From Planctomycetes bacterium UBA1146 (lineage in GTDB: Bacteria > Planctomycetota > UBA8108 > UBA1146), in the NCBI GenBank assembly GCA_002311345.1, contig DCAA01000023.1:59494-123493 (forward strand): 64,000 nt of DNA, read 5' to 3'. Below are positions 9,695-19,287 of the stretch, in pieces; the first letter of the stretch is position 1; each line of letters begins with the position of its first letter. Both the position numbers and the translations under genes were made by a program. The notes beneath the pieces were generated by a model. The model had not been told where the DNA came from. It saw only the letters and a list, made by a program, of their open reading frames with translations, and did no database searches.

Positions 9695-11545
9695 TTACGG
9701 CTGTGAGTCACAGCCAGTGTCGTCACTGACACAGAGTGGGAGCAGGTCTGCACTCGGATCGGGCCCATCGCTAAAGGGGCCCGGATCAGGCGGTGAATCG
9801 CCAAACTTGAACAACCAGTTCAAGACGAAAACAGAGTCTGCAAGGTTAATGATTCCATCGTCATTGCTGTCACAAGCATCCGAGCACAGGATCGGTAATC
9901 CTGAGAACTGGGCACCGATCCCTGTAGCAACGTCTGCAAGATCGACCTTGTCGTCACTATTGCAGTCGCCTCTCTGGAAGATTTCCTGAGGCACAACGAA
10001 AACGCTCGTATCGATCCGTTCGAAGTCTTGAACCGATCGATAGTCGATGACCACGTTGTTGTAGAGGTAGACACTACCGTTTCCGTTGATGTTGTCGCAG
10101 AAGTTGATTTCTTGGAGTTCGTTGCACTCGGCGGTGTCATCCACGGTGACGTTGATGGTGCCGATCAAGAGATTCTCATCGGTCGGAGGTAGGGTTTGTC
10201 CCTCGAAAGGTGGCAAGGCATCGAGCAGGATCGCAAGGATCAATTCACCAGTTTCGCCATCGGAACAGTCATCGTCGACCTGATGGTTGATGTACTCGGC
10301 ACCGACCGATTGAACGATCGAGTCCTCGAGGGTGAACGTGCCTTCTTCCAGGGTGAGGTCGCAGTCATAACAGACGGTGATCGTCAAACCCTGGATTTCA
10401 TCTTCGGGATCTGAGTAGTAGAAGCGGAGCAATCCAGTCTGGCCGTGGTAGGCGTAGTTTCCGACTTCTTCATCGAATTCGGTCTGGGCGGTGATGATCG
10501 TATCGTCTTCAGGAGGAGGTTCGATCGCCTGACAGGTGAAAGAACCGCTCTGAAGCGAAGGAAACAGCGAAAGTCCTCCGACCACGATCACGTTCTCCAG
10601 CGGAGGATTTCCGATGAAACCATTGATCAGGGTCAGTGGAGTTACCAGGTCATTCTCGGGCAAGTAGATGATCTGATTGCAGCTGTATCGATAGGTAGCG
10701 ATGTGATTATCGACGCCTATCGCGATTGTCTGACCATCAAAGGGTGGTTGGAAGTCCAGCACCACTCCGATGGTGCCACCGTTCGAGTACAGGTTCGAGA
10801 CCTCGAATTCCGCGCCCACCTCTTCCGTCACAGTTCCTGAGAGGGTTATTTCTTGCAGAGTCAACTCCTCCGCTCCGTGAGCGACCGCGACGACAAAACC
10901 CTGGACCGGTCCAGAACTATTCGAGAGCAAGATCCGGGCATCGCCAATCGCGAGGCCATCCGATGTTGCGGATGAGTCTTCAATCAAAATGGAGTCGGGT
11001 GGCGGTGGATTGATGGTCACTGTCGCGTCATTGAGAACGAGACCCTCGGCAACACCGATGGAAAGCCCGCCCTGGACGATCAAGTTGTCCAGTGGTGGTG
11101 AGTTGAACACGCCATCCTGGAATTGAAGAGAGGTAGTGATGGGGTTCGGACTGATCATGGTGGGAGTGAAACTGAGCAGAGCGATGCTGGTGCCCGAGCC
11201 CGCTGGGATCATCTGTCCCTCGTATGGGCTGAAGGCATCGAGGATCACACCCAGGGTTAGACCTCCAGGTAAGATCTCGGCCGCGATCAGTTCGACTCCG
11301 ACAGTTTCCACGTCGGTCCCTTCTACTGTGATGTTCACTACACTGAGCAAGGAGTTGTCCACCGCGATGGCGAGCACATATCCTTGCGTCCCGGTGTCAC
11401 TATCGAGGCTTACCGTCGTCGATACCGACGATAGACCCTGAGTATTGGCATCCGCGATGCTGAGCGATTGCTGGGCTCCGACCGGGAAGGTCAGTGCCAG
11501 AACCGTCCACGCAGCGACGAACACCTGCCTGAGGCAGGTACCCAT
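9695..11545 (-). CDS. Secreted protein D: three cohesin-like modules plus a dockerin-like module
   Basis: ATG 11545 has GAGGAGTGGAG upstream and gives the signal peptide MGTCLRQVFVAAWTVLALTFPVGAQQ. Three repeats carry ILDAFSPYEGQMI, VLDFQPPFDGQTI and LLDALPPFEGQTL. The C-terminus has RGDCNSDDKVDLAD...CDSNDDGIINLAD. Confidence 0.75.
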   Translation of the reverse strand: MGTCLRQVFVAAWTVLALTFPVGAQQSLSIADANTQGLSSVSTTVSLDSDTGTQGYVLAIAVDNSLLSVVNITVEGTDVETVGVELIAAEILPGGLTLGVILDAFSPYEGQMIPAGSGTSIALLSFTPTMISPNPITTSLQFQDGVFNSPPLDNLIVQGGLSIGVAEGLVLNDATVTINPPPPDSILIEDSSATSDGLAIGDARILLSNSSGPVQGFVVAVAHGAEELTLQEITLSGTVTEEVGAEFEVSNLYSNGGTIGVVLDFQPPFDGQTIAIGVDNHIATYRYSCNQIIYLPENDLVTPLTLINGFIGNPPLENVIVVGGLSLFPSLQSGSFTCQAIEPPPEDDTIITAQTEFDEEVGNYAYHGQTGLLRFYYSDPEDEIQGLTITVCYDCDLTLEEGTFTLEDSIVQSVGAEYINHQVDDDCSDGETGELILAILLDALPPFEGQTLPPTDENLLIGTINVTVDDTAECNELQEINFCDNINGNGSVYLYNNVVIDYRSVQDFERIDTSVFVVPQEIFQRGDCNSDDKVDLADVATGIGAQFSGLPILCSDACDSNDDGIINLADSVFVLNWLFKFGDSPPDPGPFSDGPDPSADLLPLCVSDDTGCDSQP

Positions 11546-11682
11546 CTCCACTCCTCTGCCCCCTCGGGGCTCCCCGCACTTCCTCTTCCCCCCCACGGTG
11601 TGTTTCCACCGCGAGACTCTTCCCCTCCAGCCTGCTGCGGGGCAGGACGGAACGGTCCCCCCGAGACCCGGAGGGCTCTACT

Positions 11683-11710
11683 AGTTTATTGACAATGATT
11701 AACAAGTCAA
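11683..11710 (-). promoter_or_regulatory. Candidate sigma70-like promoter upstream of array gene D
   Basis: Minus strand reads TTGACT, a 16-nt spacer, then TAAACT, inside an unusually AT-rich patch just after the stop of gene E. This is a motif match only. Confidence 0.25.
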
Positions 11711-11720
11711 TCGGATTGGA

Positions 11721-13781
11721 TTAACAATCGATATCGTCAAGGAAGGTAGGATCAGGTCCTGGAAGGGGATAGGGCGGCGGAGGAACTGCAGATCCAGTAA
11801 ATAGGAACAGTAATGTATATATGGGGTCAGATATGTCCAAACGCCCATCATCGTTGGCATCGCAGGCGTCCTGGCACGCTGGAGTGGTTCCATCGGCGTA
11901 CAGCCAGGTGGCCGTGAAGATCGCATCGGCGAGGTTCAGGGAGCCACTTCCATCCGAATCACCGCGGAGGAAATCCGGGCCATCACTGACGATCAGCAGC
12001 CGGAACAGGGTATCCGTGATGTTCCCCGCGACCACGATCTCGCTGCAGACGATCTCGAAACCTGTCACTGCATTGTTGAGGGTCGTCGGTGAGTTGCCCA
12101 TCGCCGTGAGGGTCAGGTCAAAATTGAGCGGGAATCCGAAGCTGGTGAACTGGCTGACGCTTGTGATATCACCCACGTTATCGACACCACTCAGCAGAGT
12201 GCCATCGGCCATGGAGGCGATTCCACCTCCCAGGATGAGACCTGATGTCTGCGGTGGAGTGATCGTTCCCAGAGGGTTCCCTTCCGAGCCCGCCAGTGCT
12301 TCCATCCGAAGGACGGTCACCGGGTCTGATCCGCTATCAAGGAGAAGCCAGTCATCAGCAATGGAGTCATAACTGATGGCAGTCACATCTGAAGTGCTGA
12401 CGGGAAAAGATGAGAGCACCACACCAGTCAAGGGTTCGACGAATGTGACCAGGCTACTGTTGACCCGGCTCACCAGCAGCAGATCCATGGTGGAGTTGTA
12501 TCCAATCCCGCGCAGATTGACCAAGCCAGTATCGATGGTGCGTTTCAGGGTCAGATTCGAGTCCAGTACCTGGATCTCACCGGAGAAGGACTCTGTTACG
12601 TAGAGATCATCCAACTCGGCGTCATAGGCGAGATCTCTGGGCCGAACTCCCTGGAAGGGGACATATGCCACCAGTCCGCCAGGGCCATTGATGACGGTGC
12701 AGCTCGAAGAGGCGATCTCGCTGCCGACGACTCCCTGAACCAGGTATTGATACTGGGTACCGCTGGAGGTAGTGGAATCGATCCATGAACTGGCAGAACC
12801 CGGTAGTGTGTCGATGATGGCGCCGTTTCGGGTGATTCGGATCAGGTTGTAGAATCCACCTGCTCCGGGTCCACAGTTACGCCAGGTGAGGGTACTGGAT
12901 CCTTCTCCATCGGTGCTACAGAAGAGGTCTGCTGGAGCTGTGACCAACGGTTGTACGACATCAATTCGCAACAGGTCAGTCGCTGTATTGGTGTAGGCAT
13001 AGGAAGAATTCCCATCACGCGCGAATCCCAGGATTGCGCCATTGGTACCCTGAGGCAACGTGACATGGTTGCAGTCCAGTTGGCCCGTCGAGATGGAAAC
13101 AGATAGCAATTCAGCGACAGTGGCATCGAACACATCTCCGTAGGTGAAATCGAGGAAGCCCTCGGTACCGTCCAGGCGGAATTCGATTCCAACTCCGTAA
13201 CGTACGTCGTCGCCTGGGATCGGAAGGGTAGATATCACATCTCCGGTTTCCGGATCGATTTCTACAGCAACCTGGCTGACCGTATCACGAAGCCAGAGGT
13301 ATCCGGTGGTGCTGTCGAAGGCCAGACCTGATGCACTCCCGTTGATGCTGAAGGGGAGTGGAGCACCGATCTGGGTTCCCTGGTCGTCCATCTGAACCAA
13401 CTCGAAGGAGGTGGAGTTGAGGATCCAGAAAGTGTCGGTAGTCGGAGAGTATGCAATTCCGGAACACTGAGGCTGGAACAATGGAGCCACTGCAGGACCG
13501 ACCGGATGATCGATGATGTTGGCCAATGCGAGGGAGGGGGGAGATAGGGTGTTGTTGAAGACGCAGATTTTGCCGCTGGTGGCGTCGATGGTCCAGACCG
13601 TTCCATCGGAGGTATTGACGGTCACATCGGAACCGCTTGGATTGACTCCGCACAGAGAGGTCTGCGCTTCGATGGAGCCATTTTGTCCCTCGATTGGTGC
13701 GCTCAGAAGAAGTGAGATGGTGCTGAACACTGCGATACGCAGTAGGTCAAATGACTGAAGTGTGGGGCACAAGTTCCTCAT
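11721..13781 (-). CDS. Secreted protein E: beta-propeller-like repeats plus an Ig/Fn3-like segment plus a dockerin-like module (no cohesin-like module)
   Basis: ATG 13781 has GGAGAGG upstream. A signal/anchor sequence LLRIAVFSTISLLLSAPIEGQ follows. The body has repetitive strand-rich segments. The C-terminus has RGDSDGSGSLNLAD...CDANDDGRLDISD...PGPDPTFLDDIDC. Confidence 0.7.
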   Translation of the reverse strand: MRNLCPTLQSFDLLRIAVFSTISLLLSAPIEGQNGSIEAQTSLCGVNPSGSDVTVNTSDGTVWTIDATSGKICVFNNTLSPPSLALANIIDHPVGPAVAPLFQPQCSGIAYSPTTDTFWILNSTSFELVQMDDQGTQIGAPLPFSINGSASGLAFDSTTGYLWLRDTVSQVAVEIDPETGDVISTLPIPGDDVRYGVGIEFRLDGTEGFLDFTYGDVFDATVAELLSVSISTGQLDCNHVTLPQGTNGAILGFARDGNSSYAYTNTATDLLRIDVVQPLVTAPADLFCSTDGEGSSTLTWRNCGPGAGGFYNLIRITRNGAIIDTLPGSASSWIDSTTSSGTQYQYLVQGVVGSEIASSSCTVINGPGGLVAYVPFQGVRPRDLAYDAELDDLYVTESFSGEIQVLDSNLTLKRTIDTGLVNLRGIGYNSTMDLLLVSRVNSSLVTFVEPLTGVVLSSFPVSTSDVTAISYDSIADDWLLLDSGSDPVTVLRMEALAGSEGNPLGTITPPQTSGLILGGGIASMADGTLLSGVDNVGDITSVSQFTSFGFPLNFDLTLTAMGNSPTTLNNAVTGFEIVCSEIVVAGNITDTLFRLLIVSDGPDFLRGDSDGSGSLNLADAIFTATWLYADGTTPACQDACDANDDGRLDISDPIYTLLFLFTGSAVPPPPYPLPGPDPTFLDDIDC

Positions 13782-14016
13782 CAGAGTCCTCTCCGGGCGG
13801 ATGAAATCCGTCCCTGAGCCACTGCTGCTGGTTGTTGGCGGGAGCCTTCGACTTCCCCCCGCGCCCCGGAGGAAAAGCCGATAAACAACCGTTTGGAGCA
13901 CTCGCTGGTCAATTTACCAAAGCGCAATTACCGATACTTGGGAACCTGCCTATCCAGACAGAAATAACCCATGTAAACATAGATTGTAACGCTGGTGCTA
14001 CTTGCCGCAAGTGTGA

Positions 14017-15312
14017 TCAGGGATAGATCCGATAAAGCATGCGGGGAAACGGCACACATTCCCGAACATGATCTACGCCCGATAACCAGCAGATGGTCCG
14101 CTCGACACCGAGACCGAATCCTCCGTGGGGAACCGAGCCATAACGCCTCAAATCGAGGTACCAGCGAAAATCTTCCTCTGACAGACCATGTTCCTGGATC
14201 CGACCGACCAGTGAGTCCAGATCATCCTCGCGCTGGCCGCCGCCGATGATCTCGCCATAACCCTCCGGGGCCAGTACGTCGACACCCATCGCCAGACGAG
14301 AGTCCTGTGGGTCACGTTTCATATAAAAGGCCTTCACCTCCTCAGGATAGCGGTGGACCAGCACGGGAGAGTCGTACCAGGAGGAAATCACGGACTCGTC
14401 AGGAGCGCCGAGATCTCCTCCCCATTCGAAGGAGTGTCCCTCGGCGTTCATTCGTTCGACAGCTTCCGTGTAGGTGATTCTCGGGAAGGGTGACTGGACC
14501 TTCTCCAATTTCTCGATATCGCGTTCCAGGACTTCCAATTCCTCTCTGCAATGTTCGAGAACCCGTTCGACGATACGACTCAGTAGGCCTTCTATCAAAC
14601 TCATCACGTCATCGAGATCTGCGAAAGCCATCTCCGGTTCGAACATCCAGAACTCTGTCAGGTGCCGTCGCGTTTTCGACTTCTCGGCACGGAAGGTAGG
14701 CCCGAGGCAATAGACATCACCCAGAGCCATGGCGGCGGCCTCCATGTAGAGTTGTCCGCTTTGTGTCAGGTACGCCTTCTCATCTTCGAAATAGTCGACC
14801 TCAAAAAGTGTACTCGTTCCTTCACATGCGGTGGGAGTGAAGATCGGGGCATCGATGCAGGTGAATCCCCTGGCGTGCATCTCGTCGCGTATCGTCCGGA
14901 TCACTTCATCACGGATGTGCATCAAGGCGACCTGTTTGCGAGAACGTAGCCACAGGTGCCGGTGGCTCAGCAGGAAGTCAGGGCCATGTTCCTGTTTCGA
15001 GATGGGATATTCCTCCGCGATGCACAGACACTCGACAGAATTTGCGTGGATCTCCACACCACCTGGAGCACGGTCGTCTGAATTGGCAATCCCGCAGATT
15101 TCGATGGCGGATTCGTAAGGGATCTTGCCAATCTCCGTGAACTGCTGCTCGTCGAATTCGTCCCGGTTTACAACGCACTGAACGATTCCGGAGCCATCGC
15201 GCAGCAGCAAGAAGTGGAACTTCTTCGAGGAGCGGCGGTTATAGAGCCAGCCCTTGAGGACCACTTCGGCACCGGTGGCCTCAGCAAGGTCACGAACCCT
15301 GGTCCTCGTCAT
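14017..15312 (-). CDS. asnS: Asparaginyl-tRNA synthetase (short Thermus/archaeal-type class IIb)
   Basis: An N-terminal OB fold is followed by class II motifs. The C-terminus [35 protein letters not shown] resembles AsnRS more than AspRS. Confidence 0.8.
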   Translation of the reverse strand: MTRTRVRDLAEATGAEVVLKGWLYNRRSSKKFHFLLLRDGSGIVQCVVNRDEFDEQQFTEIGKIPYESAIEICGIANSDDRAPGGVEIHANSVECLCIAEEYPISKQEHGPDFLLSHRHLWLRSRKQVALMHIRDEVIRTIRDEMHARGFTCIDAPIFTPTACEGTSTLFEVDYFEDEKAYLTQSGQLYMEAAAMALGDVYCLGPTFRAEKSKTRRHLTEFWMFEPEMAFADLDDVMSLIEGLLSRIVERVLEHCREELEVLERDIEKLEKVQSPFPRITYTEAVERMNAEGHSFEWGGDLGAPDESVISSWYDSPVLVHRYPEEVKAFYMKRDPQDSRLAMGVDVLAPEGYGEIIGGGQREDDLDSLVGRIQEHGLSEEDFRWYLDLRRYGSVPHGGFGLGVERTICWLSGVDHVRECVPFPRMLYRIYP

Positions 15313-15386
15313 CTGGCCCCTTTCAACAGAGCAACTGGTATTTGAAGTCTACTGGCGTGTCGATGTTGCCCCTGCAAAGTAATCCA

Positions 15387-16025
15387 TCAAGGAGCAGGCT
15401 GCTGATACCATCCGCCCGACTCCAGTGCTTCCAGTACCGCCAGGGGTATCGAGTCGCCTACATCTTTCCCGGCTGCCAACAGGCTTCTCAATCGGGTCGA
15501 GGAGATGTCCTGAGATACCTCCGGAAGCGACCAGGAGTTTACCAGTCGCCATCTTTCTCCTTCGAGGAAAGGGAGGTGTTCCCTGCGCAAGACGGTTCCG
15601 GAGCCTGGGCGGTGCGCCACCACCGGGATCGCCAGGTTCCACAGTTCCTCTGCCTCTTTCCATCTTCCGATCAACCGAACGTTGTCGGAGCCGATCAGCC
15701 ACAGCAAGGGTCTGCCCGGATATTGCTCGGCGAGAGCACGGACGGTATCGATGGTCCAGGAAGGCCCATCGCGTTCGAACTCGATGTCATCGCAGGTGAA
15801 TTGCTCTACCTCCTGGCAGAACAACTGCGCCATCGCGAGTCGAACTTCGGCTGGAGCATGGGTGGAGTCCTTCTCATGAGGAGGCTCCTTGCAGGGGATC
15901 CACCTCACTTCTTCGACTCCAGGAAGTTCCAGCGCCGCCTCAGCGACGGCGACGTGTCCCTGATGTAGGGGATCGAATACCCCACCCAGCAGTGCGAGGG
16001 GATTCATCTCCTGTTGGGCACTCAT
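15387..16025 (-). CDS. nadD: Nicotinate-nucleotide adenylyltransferase
   Basis: LLGGVFDPLHQGHV is the (T/H)xGH nucleotidyltransferase motif. ATG 16025 is preceded by AAGGAG. Confidence 0.85.
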   Translation of the reverse strand: MSAQQEMNPLALLGGVFDPLHQGHVAVAEAALELPGVEEVRWIPCKEPPHEKDSTHAPAEVRLAMAQLFCQEVEQFTCDDIEFERDGPSWTIDTVRALAEQYPGRPLLWLIGSDNVRLIGRWKEAEELWNLAIPVVAHRPGSGTVLRREHLPFLEGERWRLVNSWSLPEVSQDISSTRLRSLLAAGKDVGDSIPLAVLEALESGGWYQQPAP

Positions 16026-16591
16026 CAGCCTGGCTCTCCTTGTCAACTACGATGATCCGCGGTTCGTATTCTCATCAGCGCTGTCATCGGAACCCTTTCC
16101 GAAGCAGCGGTCCAGTCGGCAGTACCGAACTCCTGGGTGTTTATTTGAGAGCCTCCCTGGTCTCAGCACCGTATCCATGCTGCGTGAAGAGGAAGGTATC
16201 GACCCGATCTGGCTATCCTCGAGGCCTGGATACGATTGCACGCAAATCCACCGCGAGTCTCGTCGAATCTTCCATTTTGATGGTAGGAAAGGTGGATCCC
16301 GAATTTCAGGTGAGACCTGTTGATATTGTATCTGAGGAAGCCATGGGGCCTTCGGTCACTTGCAGGGCTTATTGAGCAGCCTGCGGGGATTTGCATCGGT
16401 TGTCACACATTATCGTCAGAAGTAGAATCTGCGACTAGGCTTGAGAAATTGTTCGCTACCATCGTCGAGCAATCGTCATAACCGTGGATGTGTTGAACAG
16501 ATTTGTCCAGGCAGATCGGTCACTGCAATCGTCTCTCAGGTGTCTGGAAGTTCAAATCATCGCGGGTCAAGAGGTCGCGAAGGAGCCCCAC

Positions 16592-17734
16592 ATGAAGGTG
16601 TCCATCATCGGTGTCCCAAGAGAGATCAAGGAGCAGGAGCAGCGGGTTTCCGTGGTTCCATCCGGTGCTTTCTTGTTGACGAAGGCCGGGCACACAATGC
16701 TGGTGGAAAAGGGTGCTGGCCTCGGTAGTGGTATTTCAGATGAGGAATACATCGGTGCCGGCTGTCAGATGATCGATGACGCAGCGGAGGTCTGGGCTCG
16801 TTCCGAGATCATCGCCAAGGTCAAGGAGCCCCTTGCCGAGGAGTATCAGTTTCTCAGGTCAGATCTCGTCGTCTTTACCTTCTTCCACTTTGCGGCATCG
16901 AAACCTCTGGCCGATGCATGTCTTGATTCGGGAGTTTCCGCTGTCGCTTATGAAACCATCGAGGGGAAAAATGGTACTCTTCCTCTGCTCACGCCGATGA
17001 GCGAGGTTGCCGGGCGAATGTCGGTTCTTGCTGGGGCTCGCAATCTACAGCGTCAAAATGGGGGGCGCGGAGTGCTGCTTTCAGGAGTTCCTGGAGTGGA
17101 GCCGGGTCGAGTCGTCATTCTAGGTGGAGGAGTGGTGGGATCGAACGCTGCCAGGATGGCGGCAGGGTTGGGTGCTCGAGTGAGGATCTTCGACATCGAT
17201 CTGGAGCGATTGCGCTACCTCGACGACACGATGCCCGCGAACGTCAATACCTGTTTCTCGACCCCTTTCGCCGTACACGAGGCGGTTCAGGCCGCGGATC
17301 TGGTGATAGGAGCGGTTCTCGTGGCCGGAGACAGGGCCCCGGTTCTGGTTCCCAAGGAGTGGCTCCTGGAGATGCCCAACGGATCCGTGATCGTCGACGT
17401 GGCTGTCGATCAGGGCGGTTGCGTCGAGAGTTGCCGTCCAACCACTCACGCCGATCCAACCTACGTCATCGACGGTGTTGTACATTACTGCGTGGCGAAT
17501 ATGCCCGGTGCCGTGCCGAGGACCTCTACCTTTGCCCTGACCAACGCGACACAGCCTTACCTGCAAGAACTGGCGAGCGAAGGACTCGAGTTGTTCGTGA
17601 AACGCGATCCCCATCGCGCCCAGGGTCTGAATGTCAGTGCTGGTATGGTATTTCACCGAGGCGTGAGCAAGGCATTCAAGTTACCTCTCCAACCAATCGA
17701 TGATCTTCCCTCTTTCGGGGGTACTGTCCGGTGA
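16592..17734 (+). CDS. ald: Alanine dehydrogenase
   Basis: [25 protein letters not shown]...[13 protein letters not shown]...[13 protein letters not shown] matches the Ald N-terminus and Rossmann motif. ATG 16592 is preceded by AAGGAG. Confidence 0.9.
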   Translation: MKVSIIGVPREIKEQEQRVSVVPSGAFLLTKAGHTMLVEKGAGLGSGISDEEYIGAGCQMIDDAAEVWARSEIIAKVKEPLAEEYQFLRSDLVVFTFFHFAASKPLADACLDSGVSAVAYETIEGKNGTLPLLTPMSEVAGRMSVLAGARNLQRQNGGRGVLLSGVPGVEPGRVVILGGGVVGSNAARMAAGLGARVRIFDIDLERLRYLDDTMPANVNTCFSTPFAVHEAVQAADLVIGAVLVAGDRAPVLVPKEWLLEMPNGSVIVDVAVDQGGCVESCRPTTHADPTYVIDGVVHYCVANMPGAVPRTSTFALTNATQPYLQELASEGLELFVKRDPHRAQGLNVSAGMVFHRGVSKAFKLPLQPIDDLPSFGGTVR

Positions 17735-18756
17735 ACTTCGACAGAGGAGGGGCAACCGATATCTCGAGCGGGGACTCACAAACACTGGCGAGTTTGTACC
17801 AACTCGTTTCCGAGGATATCGCAGCCCTTCGGGAGTTTCTTCATGGAGAGTTCGCTTCCACTGAACCATTCGTGAATGAACTGCTGGAACACCTTTCCCG
17901 TTTCCAGGGTAAACAAGTGCGTCCTGCCTGTCTGTTCCTGTCCGGACGCTGCTTCGGCGAGATCGGAAACGATCACATCAAATGTGCGGCCGTTGTGGAG
18001 TTGATTCACACGGCAACGCTGGTGCACGACGATCTTCTAGATGCAGCACAGATTCGTCGTCGGGTCGAGACGATCCACTCTCGCTACGGCGATCGTGCAG
18101 CCATCCTGCTGGGTGACATCATCTATGCGCGCGGATTCGTGATCTCCACAGAGGTGGAGAATGCAGCCCGGTTGCTGGCGAATTGCACGATGGAGATCTG
18201 CATCGGAGAGATGATGCAGGTCGGTAATGCTGGGAATCTACAGCTCCTGGAGGAGCAGTACTTCGAGATCATCCATCGCAAGACAGCGATCCTCTACGGG
18301 CTCTCCTGTCGCCTGGGGGCGATGCTGGCCGGGGCTACCGAGGATCAGGCTGCCGCGATGGAACAGTTCGGCAACCAACTCGGTGTCGCCTTCCAGATCA
18401 TCGATGACTCTCTCGATGTCTTCGGTGATCAGGAGACGGTCGGCAAGTCTCTGGGGACCGATCTTGCAAACGGCAAGATGACTCTCCCCCTCATCCGACT
18501 TCGTGATGGACTCGATGTCGAGCAGAGGGAGTCCTTGTTGAAACTGCTCGAAGGCCATCGAGAAATGGACAGGACAGAGTTCCACCACGAGGTGGTTCGC
18601 TGGCTCGATGAATTCGAGATCCTGGATGAGGTGCGAGAGAGAGCGCAGCAGGTGGTGGCGAATGCACTCAAGTCACTCCATGTAGCGGCTCCCCGGTGTG
18701 AAGCCCGTGACCAATTCGAGCAACTGGCACGCTTCGTCATCGAGCGAGAAAGGTAG
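17731..18756 (+). CDS. Polyprenyl diphosphate synthase (long-chain trans-prenyltransferase)
   Basis: Two Asp-rich motifs are present: LVHDDLLDAAQIRR and FQIIDDSLD. The GTG start overlaps the ald stop (GTGA). Confidence 0.85.
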   Translation: MNFDRGGATDISSGDSQTLASLYQLVSEDIAALREFLHGEFASTEPFVNELLEHLSRFQGKQVRPACLFLSGRCFGEIGNDHIKCAAVVELIHTATLVHDDLLDAAQIRRRVETIHSRYGDRAAILLGDIIYARGFVISTEVENAARLLANCTMEICIGEMMQVGNAGNLQLLEEQYFEIIHRKTAILYGLSCRLGAMLAGATEDQAAAMEQFGNQLGVAFQIIDDSLDVFGDQETVGKSLGTDLANGKMTLPLIRLRDGLDVEQRESLLKLLEGHREMDRTEFHHEVVRWLDEFEILDEVRERAQQVVANALKSLHVAAPRCEARDQFEQLARFVIERER

Positions 18757-18765
18757 GGGGCGCCC

Positions 18766-19260
18766 ATGGCGGGTGAAGACGATATTCCACTCTCTCATAC
18801 CGATGATAAGGGGCACTCCCGGATGGTAGATGTCGGTGATAAGGAGGTCACCGACCGTCGTGCCACCGTCGAGGGCTACATCCGCATGAAGTCCACGACG
18901 CTCAAGCGAATCGTCGATGGAGATGTGGAGAAGGGAGACGTACTGGCGGTAGCACGTCTCTCAGCGGTACAGGCTGCCAAAGAGACGTCGAGATTGATTC
19001 CTCTTTGCCATCCGCTCCCGCTCGACAACGTGCACGTTGAGATAGAAGATGGTGAAGAAGATGGAATCAGCACCATCAAGATGACTGTCTCTGCTCGTGT
19101 TCAGGCGAGAACCGGGGTGGAGATGGAGGCCTTCATGGCAGTCTCGATCGGGTTGTTGACGATCTATGACATGTGCAAGGCTGTCGATCGGGGCATGGAA
19201 ATCGGTCCGATTCGACTTGTGGAGAAATCGGGAGGAAGAAGCGGCGACTGGGTCCGTTGA
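18766..19260 (+). CDS. moaC: Cyclic pyranopterin monophosphate synthase MoaC
   Basis: LSHTDDKGHSRMVDVGDK...IPLCHPLPL...MEAFMAVSIGLLTIYDMCKA is typical of MoaC. Confidence 0.9.
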   Translation: MAGEDDIPLSHTDDKGHSRMVDVGDKEVTDRRATVEGYIRMKSTTLKRIVDGDVEKGDVLAVARLSAVQAAKETSRLIPLCHPLPLDNVHVEIEDGEEDGISTIKMTVSARVQARTGVEMEAFMAVSIGLLTIYDMCKAVDRGMEIGPIRLVEKSGGRSGDWVR

Positions 19261-19287
19261 CCGGGATATCCGGGGAGGAATCGAGCG

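Noticed and set aside
8332-9804. Long N-terminal extensions in the ORF track: 67 aa on 8332..9804, 139 aa on 44666..45811, 84 aa on 60512..63118, 59 aa on 31616..32881 and 52 aa on 39824..42214.
   Set aside because: The extensions overlap neighbouring genes, lack family similarity and precede better starts that have an SD and/or a signal peptide or a conserved N-terminus.
16085-16125. The CCGAAGCAGCGGTCC string is reminiscent of the SRP RNA domain IV GGAAGCAGCC motif.
   Set aside because: Only about 8 nt match. No complementary 3' strand or surrounding helix could be drawn on either strand.
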